A stretch of DNA of 64,000 nucleotides, from the NCBI GenBank assembly GCA_965261395.1, contig OZ253462.1:6432001-6496000 (forward strand), in the 5' to 3' direction. How positions within the stretch are numbered: position 1 is the first letter of the stretch; every line of letters begins with the position of its first letter. Of the stretch, positions 45,143 to 53,817 are shown one piece after another. The translations under genes and the position numbers were made by a program. The stretch is from Candidatus Latescibacterota bacterium (GTDB lineage Bacteria; Latescibacterota; UBA2968; UBA8231). Below the pieces are notes generated by a model that saw only the letters and a program-made list of their open reading frames with translations, was not told where the DNA came from and searched no databases.

Positions 45143-47083
45143 TCAACCCCAGAAAATCACGTTGCCGACCATGCCGGTAAAGTGATCGACGAATAGAAAA
45201 ATGCCCCCCGGCACAATGTGCCCGGCGATCATGCCCATGAAAAAGGGGCGCGTCTTGCGATAGAGCGCCACGCCGCCGTAGCGCAGCACCGACACCTTAA
45301 TAAGCCAAGCCAAGAACATGTCAAACCAGAGGTGATCCATGATCCCGGTGGGGCCGATGGGATAGCCGAGGGGATGGAGGGGCCACCAGACATAGTACCA
45401 GCGCGCCAGCATCAAGAGCAGCATCACGCCCGCTCCAATCCCGGTGTTAATCCAACCCCCCAGATGCGGCTCGCTCGGCGTGCGAATCAAGCCGGCGGCG
45501 TAGTCGTAGAACCCGTGCTGCCCTCCGGGTATTTTCAGGTTGAGCGCCCCGTAGGAATAGCCCAGTTCCATAACCACCCACATCGACGAGACCAGCCCGA
45601 CGGCCATGGCCAAGAGCATCGTCCAAAACAGCGGACGCTTGGAACCGCCAAAGCCCTCGCCCAACTTGAGGCTGTTGGCGGACGAAGTCATGGCGAAACT
45701 GCGCCCGGTCGTCCAGAAATAGGTCGTCGCCAGCACGACCAAGCCTTGGACACCGATGGCCGAAGAACCGACGGCTGAGACGACGATGGCGGCCGGACCG
45801 ACCGGGACCGAACCGTCCGAAAGCCCCCCTTCGGCGATTAGGCGAGTAAACCCGACAAAAAGCGCGAAAGCGGTAAAGAGAAACGCTAGCGCGACCCAGA
45901 TGGGCAAGCCCGCCAGCGCGAGCCACGCGACCAGCACCGCGCTGCTGCCCAGCAGGACCAGCACCGCCGTCCGGTAGGATAGAATTTCGCCGGAGTCATC
46001 TACCTTGGGGTCTCCCCACAGGGCCTTGCGCAAGACCGCCCGCAGGTGCTTGCGGGCCGCGAACAAGCCAAATAGAAATAGGACCAGCATCCCGCCCATC
46101 GACTGGTGGACGAGTATTGGGTCGATGATAGAGTGCCCGCCCCCCAGCATTTCCGAACTAGTGACGCCTAGTACTGCGAATGTGGTGCGCAGGGCATTGG
46201 CGAAGAGATTGAAAAACCACAGGCTGAAGGCGATTTCGGTCTTGAGAAAGTAGAAAAAGCCTAAAATGTTGAAGCGGAATTTGAATTGCAGTTCGGACAG
46301 GTTGTCGAAAATGGGTAGGATGAAGTGGATGGGATCTACATTGGTGGCGATGGGCACGGTCTCGGGGAAGTAGTTGTGTAGCCCGTGCAGGGTGCCCCAG
46401 ACGGCCGGTACGGCAAAGCCTATCCACATCACCGGGTTTTTGAAGAATGGAGCTATGCGTTCCCCTCCGGCGTCCTGTTCGGTGAGAGCCATCGGCACCT
46501 GGACCAGCGGATAGGTCAGCCGCTCGTGATCGTTCCACTGCTTGCGCAGAATCGCCATCGCGGCAATCATCGCCAAAAACAAGGCCCACACAAAAGGTGC
46601 CCAGCGCAAGAAAATCGGCAGCCAACCAGCCCACGGGATGGAGCGGCCTTGCTCCAAGCCCTCGTAAAAAGGCCCCATGACCCCTAGGTCGCGCGGCTCC
46701 AACCAGTCCGCTATGTGGGGTTGGATGAGGGTGTGCCAGTCGTTTTCCGGCGTGGCAAAGTAAAAGGGGGTGAGGATCGTGCCGATGAAGCGGCCGGCAA
46801 AAAACACCGGCAGAGGCGAGGCCATGACCATCATTATGTAGATGAGCAGCAACTCGCCGCGGTTCAGCCCAGCTCGCGGATGGACCAGCTTGAGCAGCGG
46901 GTTGACCAAGCCAGCGAGGAAAAACAGCAAGAACAGAGCACCGACCGTACTGGTCCCGAGCGTCATGTACGAGCCGCGGAGATAGAAGACCCCATACGAG
47001 TCGCCCGCGGCCACGAAAAACGTGAACAGGCAGCCGAGGATCAGGGCCTTGGGCGTGAAGGCTGCGGCCGCTGGGGGTGGCAA
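45143..47083 (-). CDS. DUF6785/DUF6784-like polytopic membrane protein (paralog of 33160-35145)
   Basis: YFATPENDW, IPWAGW, RKQWNDHERLTYPLVQVP, RLIAEGG, WWPLHPLGY, LRYGG...PFFMG. Confidence 0.75.
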   Translation of the reverse strand: MPPPAAAAFTPKALILGCLFTFFVAAGDSYGVFYLRGSYMTLGTSTVGALFLLFFLAGLVNPLLKLVHPRAGLNRGELLLIYIMMVMASPLPVFFAGRFIGTILTPFYFATPENDWHTLIQPHIADWLEPRDLGVMGPFYEGLEQGRSIPWAGWLPIFLRWAPFVWALFLAMIAAMAILRKQWNDHERLTYPLVQVPMALTEQDAGGERIAPFFKNPVMWIGFAVPAVWGTLHGLHNYFPETVPIATNVDPIHFILPIFDNLSELQFKFRFNILGFFYFLKTEIAFSLWFFNLFANALRTTFAVLGVTSSEMLGGGHSIIDPILVHQSMGGMLVLFLFGLFAARKHLRAVLRKALWGDPKVDDSGEILSYRTAVLVLLGSSAVLVAWLALAGLPIWVALAFLFTAFALFVGFTRLIAEGGLSDGSVPVGPAAIVVSAVGSSAIGVQGLVVLATTYFWTTGRSFAMTSSANSLKLGEGFGGSKRPLFWTMLLAMAVGLVSSMWVVMELGYSYGALNLKIPGGQHGFYDYAAGLIRTPSEPHLGGWINTGIGAGVMLLLMLARWYYVWWPLHPLGYPIGPTGIMDHLWFDMFLAWLIKVSVLRYGGVALYRKTRPFFMGMIAGHIVPGGIFLFVDHFTGMVGNVIFWG

Positions 47084-47086
47084 GGA

Positions 47087-49726
47087 CTATACCCCGCCGG
47101 TGGCAGCGAAGATGCGGACGAAAACGATCGATTGCTTCTGGGTCTGCTCCGCGAAGAACTGGCGCTCTAGCAGAAAGCCCGCGTTCATAGTCAGTTCGTA
47201 CCCTTGATAGGACGATACATTGGTCAGCAGGGCCGAAAAGACGAGGCTGCGGAAGTCCTCGACATAGCTCGGCGATGCCTCGGCTGGACGCTCGGCTAGG
47301 TTCTCGAAGAGACTGAATTCAACGCCGAAGTCCAAGTTCGTCTTCGGCAGGAGCGAGTACTGGCCGATAAAGAAGAAGCTCTCGGTCAGTTGGTTGGCCT
47401 CCAGCCCGACCAGCGCGGTGGGCGTTTCTCGCTGGTACATGCTCTTCCACTTGGGATAGAGGGCGAGCCGGTCGCTGGGGCGGATGGCGTAATCGGCTTT
47501 GTTGATCAGGCCCAAAAACGAGCGGTCGCGCTTGAGGCTGGCCTGCGCGCCGAGCTGGTTGAAGTGCTCGTACTTCAGCTTGCCCTCGACGTTCAGGTTG
47601 CGGATGCGAAAGTAGCGGGCCTTCAAGTACAGCGAATTGACAAAGGTATCTTGGTTGTCGAGCGGATCGGCAAAATCCGTCAGGCCGATGGGATCGCGCC
47701 AGACGATGCGGTCTTCGGGCAAGGTGTCGGCCACTAGTTTGGCGTGCTCAAAAAAGGCGATGTCCAGCCCAGGATAGGATTTTTCCAAGGTCAGCAGCCC
47801 GTAGAACGAGCGGCTTTCGCGGTCGCTGCTCAGTTGGTGCTCGGCGAGCCGACCGATAGTCAGCCGGGTGCTCTCGGTGATTTTTAACCCCCCGTACGCG
47901 TTGTAGCCACGGTGGTCGCGCTCGTAGGGGTAGTCGGGCAGGCGGTCGTCCTCAAAGCGGTCGATGATCGTGTTGTTGTTCATGTCCATGCCAAAGAGAA
48001 ACTCCGGCGGATCGACCTGATAGCGGAGGAAAGGCTCGACGTAATCCGGGCGGCTGTTCTGGTTTTGGTTGAAGTCGGAGATAAAATCGTTGTTCTCGTC
48101 CAGCCCGGGAAAAATCTCAGTGTCGCGGCCCACCGAGCCACCCTGGCCGCCGAACCCTTGGCTCTGGCGATAGCGCTGCCAGTCGGTGAAGCGGTCTTGG
48201 TCATCGTTGTCATCGACAAACTCAAAGAGGTTTTGGGTCTCGCTGGCGTAGTCGATAACCCCGCCCGGGTCGGCGATAAAGGCCGTGGTGCTGTAATCGG
48301 GATCTATGGTGAACATCTCGCCGTACGCGAAGAAGGGGTAGCGCTGGTACGAAGCCGTGACGTACCCGGCTTCGGCCGTCTCCTTGTAGGCGGGCAGCTT
48401 GCGGAAGTTCTGGTTGGGGAAGCGACGGAAGCGGCGGTTGAGAGCCCATTCGGCCCGCAGGTCGAAGTGGGCGAGGTTAATAAGCTCCAGATCCATGCCG
48501 ATCACTTCGTGTGCGGTCGGCAGGCCGTAGGTAAAGCGTACAAAGGTCTGGTTGGAGCCATCGGTGATCTCGTCGCGCGCCTGGGCCACCGGCAAGAAAA
48601 CCTGCTCGCCCCGGGCATTGGTCTGGAGATTGGAGGCGATCTCTATGCGGTAGTCGTTGGACACCACCAGCTCGAATTCGAGCTTCTTGGCCTCGCGGAA
48701 AGTGCCCACTTTTTCGGTTGGGCTAAAATCGTTGCGAATGTCGTAGATAAGCTCAAGTACGTCCGGGCCGCTCACTTCTAATATTCCCTCGCGCCGCACG
48801 CCGCCGCGCACCAAGGGCGCGATTTCCGGGTGCAGCTCTCCGTCGATGATCACCTGATCGACGAAAAACGAGGCTCCGGCTTGTTCGGATTCGGGCGAAT
48901 CGTCCGCAATGCGGATGATGACCCGCTCGACATTGCCCGTGTTCTGGGGGCCGGTCAGCAGACCCTTGAGCGAGTTGTCTCCGAGGCTTAGCTCGCTGCT
49001 GGTATTGGACACATTGACCCACGTCAGGCCCAACTTGGCAAAGTCGCCCACTTGGGCCACGCCGCGGGCCCCGAGGAGGCGGGTCGTGTTTTCGAGCGTC
49101 GAAGACCCGCCCGCCTCGTTGAGCGCGGTAAACCCCGGCGCGTTGAGCCGCGAGCCGAGGAGGGTCAGCGCGTACTTGTCGGCGAGAAAATCCCACTGCA
49201 ACCCGTTGAACGTGGGCTTGGAGAAGGTCAGGGGAGTAAGCGTCGTGCGGATGGCGTCGCCCACCGTCAGAGAGGTGTGGAATTGGCCGTGGCTGGCCGA
49301 TGAGATGACGAGGCTGTCGAACCACCGGCCAAAGCGGGTTCCCTTCAAGAGGGCACTGCCCTGGCGCAGGGGACTGGTTTCGGTCCAGTCGTAGATGACC
49401 CAGCCGCGATTGATGTACTGGCCGAAGAGGTTGTAGTTGCGGGTGCCTTCGAGCTGGATGTTGACGTAGCGCTGGTAGTTGTCGCGCGCGTAGTTGCTGT
49501 ACTCCCAGCCGCGCCACTGGTATTCGTAGTATAGATTCTGCGGCAAGTACCACTTGCGCCGGTTGGGTGCCAAGGCACCGGTATGGATGCGCACCCCGCG
49601 AATCCCCGGTTCCTCAACCGGCCGAAAGCCCGTAGATAGCTGGGCGAAAGCCGTGGACTCCGAGAGTACAAAAGCGCACCACAACAGCAAGATCGGCCCT
49701 CTGCTACAAAGGGTTATCAGCCTCAT
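47087..49726 (-). CDS. Large exported protein, putative outer-membrane beta-barrel with internal Asp/Asn-rich calcium-binding repeats
   Basis: AGGAG SD, signal peptide, DDNDDQDRFTD / GLDENNDFISDFNQN / MDMNNNTIIDRFEDD repeats, alternating amphipathic strands in the C-terminal third. Confidence 0.55.
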   Translation of the reverse strand: MRLITLCSRGPILLLWCAFVLSESTAFAQLSTGFRPVEEPGIRGVRIHTGALAPNRRKWYLPQNLYYEYQWRGWEYSNYARDNYQRYVNIQLEGTRNYNLFGQYINRGWVIYDWTETSPLRQGSALLKGTRFGRWFDSLVISSASHGQFHTSLTVGDAIRTTLTPLTFSKPTFNGLQWDFLADKYALTLLGSRLNAPGFTALNEAGGSSTLENTTRLLGARGVAQVGDFAKLGLTWVNVSNTSSELSLGDNSLKGLLTGPQNTGNVERVIIRIADDSPESEQAGASFFVDQVIIDGELHPEIAPLVRGGVRREGILEVSGPDVLELIYDIRNDFSPTEKVGTFREAKKLEFELVVSNDYRIEIASNLQTNARGEQVFLPVAQARDEITDGSNQTFVRFTYGLPTAHEVIGMDLELINLAHFDLRAEWALNRRFRRFPNQNFRKLPAYKETAEAGYVTASYQRYPFFAYGEMFTIDPDYSTTAFIADPGGVIDYASETQNLFEFVDDNDDQDRFTDWQRYRQSQGFGGQGGSVGRDTEIFPGLDENNDFISDFNQNQNSRPDYVEPFLRYQVDPPEFLFGMDMNNNTIIDRFEDDRLPDYPYERDHRGYNAYGGLKITESTRLTIGRLAEHQLSSDRESRSFYGLLTLEKSYPGLDIAFFEHAKLVADTLPEDRIVWRDPIGLTDFADPLDNQDTFVNSLYLKARYFRIRNLNVEGKLKYEHFNQLGAQASLKRDRSFLGLINKADYAIRPSDRLALYPKWKSMYQRETPTALVGLEANQLTESFFFIGQYSLLPKTNLDFGVEFSLFENLAERPAEASPSYVEDFRSLVFSALLTNVSSYQGYELTMNAGFLLERQFFAEQTQKQSIVFVRIFAATGGV

Positions 49727-49859
49727 AATCCATCTCCTAATGAGGAAAAGCCCGCCTGGCCTAGCGAGCGCCATCGGCTGACAATATACGCCCCGCTCCC
49801 ACTACATACCAAGTCAGACCCGCGCTGTCGCGCCTGCAAAAAACGGCATTCCCTTGCCG

Positions 49860-50010
49860 TAAATTTGTTTCGCTTGTCTGGGTTTTTTTATTATAATGTA
49901 AAATCACCTTAGCTGTATCACTTATCCGAAAGGAGGTTGTGTAGCGTGCTGAACGACGATTCCCACGTCCCTTTTTCTTCTTTTATCTCTTCCAATCAAG
50001 GAGCGTACAA
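49860..50010. promoter_or_regulatory. AT-rich divergent promoter region with TATAAT (49892-49897) and two SD-like sites
   Basis: TATAAT, AAAGGAGG at 49929-49936, AAGGAG just before ATG 50011; -35 not convincing. Confidence 0.4.
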
Positions 50011-50913
50011 ATGAGAAAGTTCGGCTTTTTCGCTTTGTCTTGCGGGCTGGCGTGCCTACTGAGTTCGGCCGCCTTTGCCCACGTAGGCGTGACCGTGTTC
50101 TATCCCCAGGTGCCGGATCCGGCTGCCATCACCATCGACGGCAACGACGACGACTGGGGTTGGTACGACCCGGCTCTCGCCCTCAATCAGCCCGATTTCT
50201 TCGACCGGGCCAGCGATTTCGTCGAGTTGTCGGACTACGATTTCACCATCCTCAACGGTTGGTCGGCACCGCCGGACAACAAGTGGTATGGCTTTGCGCG
50301 CTTTGTCGACGATACCCTCAAGTACGTGTCGCCCGTCAAGGAGTGGTGGAGAGACGACTGCTTGCAGATAACCGTTGACTCCGATCACCTCGGCGGGTCG
50401 ATCCTCGGCGCCACGCTCGAAGAGATCGCCAATGGCCAGCGCTGGCACGTGCGCATCTTCCCCCCAGCCGGCGAGTCCCTGCTGCCCAATCAGACCTGCT
50501 TCTTCTACAGCCAGTTAGAGTTTATCGACTCTGAAGAGCTGCTGTGGGGACTGGAGCCGGAGTTTTTCGAGGCCGCGTGGACCGTCCTGCCAGCAGGTGC
50601 CGAGAACCAGGCAGTCGGGGTTACGTACACCTATGAGTGGCGGGGTGCCCTGTGGGACATCTGGGGCCTGAGCGAGAGCGAGAGCACGCGGCACGTATTC
50701 GCCGAGGACGATGTGATCCACCTCGGCTATCGCCCGCTCGACGGCGACTCGGTCGGACGCAAGCACTCCATGTACATCAACGACGGCAGCCAGTCGCAGG
50801 ACGTCGACGCTTCGCAGATGCCCGACTTCTGGGCGCTAGCGGCGACGGAGACTAACGTGGAAAACGACACTTGGGGCCACATCAAAAACAGCATGTCCCA
50901 ACGCCTCAAGTAG
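50011..50913 (+). CDS. Secreted CBM9/DOMON-like sugar-binding protein with C-terminal TWGxIK motif
   Basis: Signal peptide AFA-HVG, ITIDGNDDDW, DDCLQITVDSDH, YTYEW, C-terminal TNVENDTWGHIKN. Confidence 0.75.
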   Translation: MRKFGFFALSCGLACLLSSAAFAHVGVTVFYPQVPDPAAITIDGNDDDWGWYDPALALNQPDFFDRASDFVELSDYDFTILNGWSAPPDNKWYGFARFVDDTLKYVSPVKEWWRDDCLQITVDSDHLGGSILGATLEEIANGQRWHVRIFPPAGESLLPNQTCFFYSQLEFIDSEELLWGLEPEFFEAAWTVLPAGAENQAVGVTYTYEWRGALWDIWGLSESESTRHVFAEDDVIHLGYRPLDGDSVGRKHSMYINDGSQSQDVDASQMPDFWALAATETNVENDTWGHIKNSMSQRLK

Positions 50914-50928
50914 TAGCTCAGCAGTACC

Positions 50929-50971
50929 TGTCCCGAGGGGAAGGATCGCGTGCGGCCCTTCCCCTCGGGCA
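50929..50971 (+). terminator. Strong intergenic hairpin (terminator or mRNA-stabilising stem)
   Basis: CCCGAGGGGAAGG...CCTTCCCCTCGGG 13-bp perfect stem, weak U tail. Confidence 0.65.
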
Positions 50972-51020
50972 TTTGCGTCGCCCGTTCGGGCGACGGAGAG
51001 CATCTTGCGGAGGCTGGCTG

Positions 51021-53033
51021 ATGAGAGGCGCGATTTTGGCCTGTGTTGTGCTGGTGGGCACTTATAGCCCCGGGGCGGCGCAAGAGTGGTGGCAGCTCGG
51101 CGGGCAGGGCGGTGTCTCGCCTGCGGACGTAGCGGATTTCAGCCTGATGATAGACGACGCAGCCGCTTCCCAAGCACTCCAGCCCTTTGAGCTCAATCCG
51201 AACGAAAACATCTTGCCGCAGCTCGGCCCCTGGCAGCGCTGGCGCTTCCCCACCGATCCCCAGTTCCGGCTTGGTCATCCGCGCCTCTGGACGGACATTG
51301 ACCATAATTCCCTATACCGAGCCACGGAATCGTTTCTCTTTATCGATGGGGACCCGACCACGTACGTAGAGCGGCGGGACCTAGAGATGATCTTCTATAC
51401 CATAGACTTGGGTACCCAAGTGCCGGTCGAGCGCTTCGTCTTTTTTCCTCCCGAAGGCGTCAGTCCCGAAAGCGACGAACCGTTCAGACCCAATTACATC
51501 CTCAAGTCCTATAGTCTGACGGCCGCCAAAGCCGAGATCGACATTATGCAAGAGGAACTGGAGCTCGGGTTCGTCTGGCGGGGCGACGGGCCGTGCTGTC
51601 CGCTGGCCATCCCCCTCGGCTACGAGGAGCGCAACACCGACGCAGTGACCGAAATCGCGTTTCCCGCGCAATACCTCCGCTTCTTCCGCCTAATCGCCAT
51701 CCCCGACGGGTTTACCCTGTACGGCGACCCCATCGTCACGCGCTCGGCCTTTGCCGAGATGGAGATCTACGGCCGGGGTTTCGCTCCGCAGGCGACCTAT
51801 GAGTCGCAGGTCATAGATTTGGGGCGGGAGGTCAACTTCGGACAGGTGCGCTTGGAAGTGAGCAAATGGCGCAAGGACGGGGAGCAACTGCTGCCGTCCG
51901 ATGGCCCAACCCGCGCCCAGGTGGAGATCCGCACGGGGCGCGACGACAGCCCAACGGCTTATTTCGGCTTTGACGATCTGGGTGCCCACGTGGAGGTGAC
52001 CAAGAAGCAGTGGGACCGGCTGATACCCCTAGAGGCGCGCGGCGCTACCATAGCGGTCGGCTATCGCGGTCCGGTGGCCGAAGACCTGCAAAACTGGAGC
52101 TTCTGGTCCCTGCCGTTGGCAGAGTCAGGCCAGCATCCGCGCCTGCCTTGGGGCCGGTATTTCCAATTGCGCGTCCAGCTAGCAACGGACGCGCTGTGGG
52201 AATTTGCCCGCCTCGATTCCCTGCAAATCGAGATCGCGCCCCTGCTAGCAGACCGAGTCGTCGGCGAGATCGTCCTCGCGGAGGAACCCCATCCCCAGGG
52301 CGGGCAAGTGCGCGTGCCAGCGGGCGAGAAAACCCCGTTCACGTACGACCTAGGCGTGGAATTTGCCAGTGCGGACCGCGTCGGCTGCGACGCCGTGCGC
52401 ATCGCGGCACCGGCGGAAGCCACATTTCGCTATCTGGAGATGGGCGACCCGCTCAGCGCCGTAGAGCCGGATAGCCTGCTACGCGAAGAAAGCGGCTTTG
52501 TGGTGTTCTTGCCGCGCTCCTTGCACCCGAGCGGCGATCAGCGTCTGCGCATCGGCCTCGAAGCCGTGCTCTACGGCGAGGCCGGCGAGTTTGGCGGTGA
52601 GGTCTTCAACCGCCACGAGCCGAGCTTGTTGCAGCGCATCGAAGGGGGCGACGTCAGCGCAGAGCTAGGCTCCAACCAGTTGCTCGTCGTGGCGTCTGCC
52701 ACCTCCACGGGTGGGGTACTGGGAGACGTCGAGGCGGGTAGCCGCGCGTTTACCCCGCAAGGCGACGGCGTAAACGACCTATTGTCCATACAATACACCC
52801 TCTTCCGGGTGCGACAGGCGTCCCAAGTGCAGGTCGGCCTCTACGCCCTCGACGGCCGGCCGGTATGGCAAGCGCCGCCAAGTGTGCAGGGCGCAGGACG
52901 CCATGCGGTCCACTGGGACGGTCGGGACGCGGCCGGGCAACTGGTTCGCCCAGGAGTGTACCTAGCGCGCGTGGAAGTGGAAACGGATAAGGGGCTCGAG
53001 GTTCGTCTACAGCCCGTCGCCGTGATCTATTGA
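51021..53033 (+). CDS. Large secreted protein, short subtype B (paralog of 43158-45092)
   Basis: WQLGG, IDLGT, SQVIDLG, IRTGRDD, NWSFWSLP, GRYFQLR, FTPQGDGVND, WDGRD, ends AVIY. Confidence 0.75.
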   Translation: MRGAILACVVLVGTYSPGAAQEWWQLGGQGGVSPADVADFSLMIDDAAASQALQPFELNPNENILPQLGPWQRWRFPTDPQFRLGHPRLWTDIDHNSLYRATESFLFIDGDPTTYVERRDLEMIFYTIDLGTQVPVERFVFFPPEGVSPESDEPFRPNYILKSYSLTAAKAEIDIMQEELELGFVWRGDGPCCPLAIPLGYEERNTDAVTEIAFPAQYLRFFRLIAIPDGFTLYGDPIVTRSAFAEMEIYGRGFAPQATYESQVIDLGREVNFGQVRLEVSKWRKDGEQLLPSDGPTRAQVEIRTGRDDSPTAYFGFDDLGAHVEVTKKQWDRLIPLEARGATIAVGYRGPVAEDLQNWSFWSLPLAESGQHPRLPWGRYFQLRVQLATDALWEFARLDSLQIEIAPLLADRVVGEIVLAEEPHPQGGQVRVPAGEKTPFTYDLGVEFASADRVGCDAVRIAAPAEATFRYLEMGDPLSAVEPDSLLREESGFVVFLPRSLHPSGDQRLRIGLEAVLYGEAGEFGGEVFNRHEPSLLQRIEGGDVSAELGSNQLLVVASATSTGGVLGDVEAGSRAFTPQGDGVNDLLSIQYTLFRVRQASQVQVGLYALDGRPVWQAPPSVQGAGRHAVHWDGRDAAGQLVRPGVYLARVEVETDKGLEVRLQPVAVIY

Positions 53034-53052
53034 ACGGAAAGGGCCAAACGCA

Positions 53053-53817
53053 ATGAAAACATGGATGGGCTGTCTGCTGTGCGCTGCGCTGCTCGTCGGA
53101 GGCTGCGGGCACAAATTGGGCTATCGCCACTTTGCCGGTCCCATTTTGCCCGCCACTAATTTGGCGGCGGGGGATTTCGTCGTCCGCGACGACCACAGCA
53201 TCACCTTTGTCAAAGACCGTTTGGAAGTGAGTTTGCTGCCGCTGACCGTGGCCATGCTCAACCGGCAGCTAAGCAGCCACTCGCAGCGGCCAGAGGGCTT
53301 CCACGACCCCAACCCCTATCTCGCGCCGGTCAATCCCTATACCTATGGCGACTGGAAACCAGGGTGGGAAGAAGAGCACCCCACCCGCTTTACGATCTTT
53401 CTGCTCAAGGTCAAAAACTACGCGTACCCCAAGGTGTGGCTCAATCCCCACGCCATTGAGATCACCAGTGCCAATGGCCGGCGCTATCAAGCCTTTACCC
53501 GGCTGGCGCTAGACGAGTACTTCGCCCCTTATGCCATCGGCTATGCGGGCAATACCTTCCTTCCGTTCCGCGAGCGGCGCGACCTGCTGCTCCGCACCTT
53601 GTACCCAGAAGACGAGATGATCTTCAGCGGCCAAGAGCGAGAAGGCTTCATCGCCTTTGCCACGTTGGCTAACGATGTCGAGGGGTTTGAAGTGCGGATC
53701 CCGGAGATGGTGTTGCGCTTCGACTACCGAGACCAGCCGGTGGAAACCATAGACATCGCCTACTCATTTACGCGCGAAGTGTACTTGGCCAAGCACCGCC
53801 GCGTCGAGGAACTCTAA
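53053..53817 (+). CDS. Hypothetical lipoprotein
   Basis: Lipobox LVGGC; beta-rich mature region (FLLKVKN...SGQEREGFIAF). Confidence 0.65.
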   Translation: MKTWMGCLLCAALLVGGCGHKLGYRHFAGPILPATNLAAGDFVVRDDHSITFVKDRLEVSLLPLTVAMLNRQLSSHSQRPEGFHDPNPYLAPVNPYTYGDWKPGWEEEHPTRFTIFLLKVKNYAYPKVWLNPHAIEITSANGRRYQAFTRLALDEYFAPYAIGYAGNTFLPFRERRDLLLRTLYPEDEMIFSGQEREGFIAFATLANDVEGFEVRIPEMVLRFDYRDQPVETIDIAYSFTREVYLAKHRRVEEL

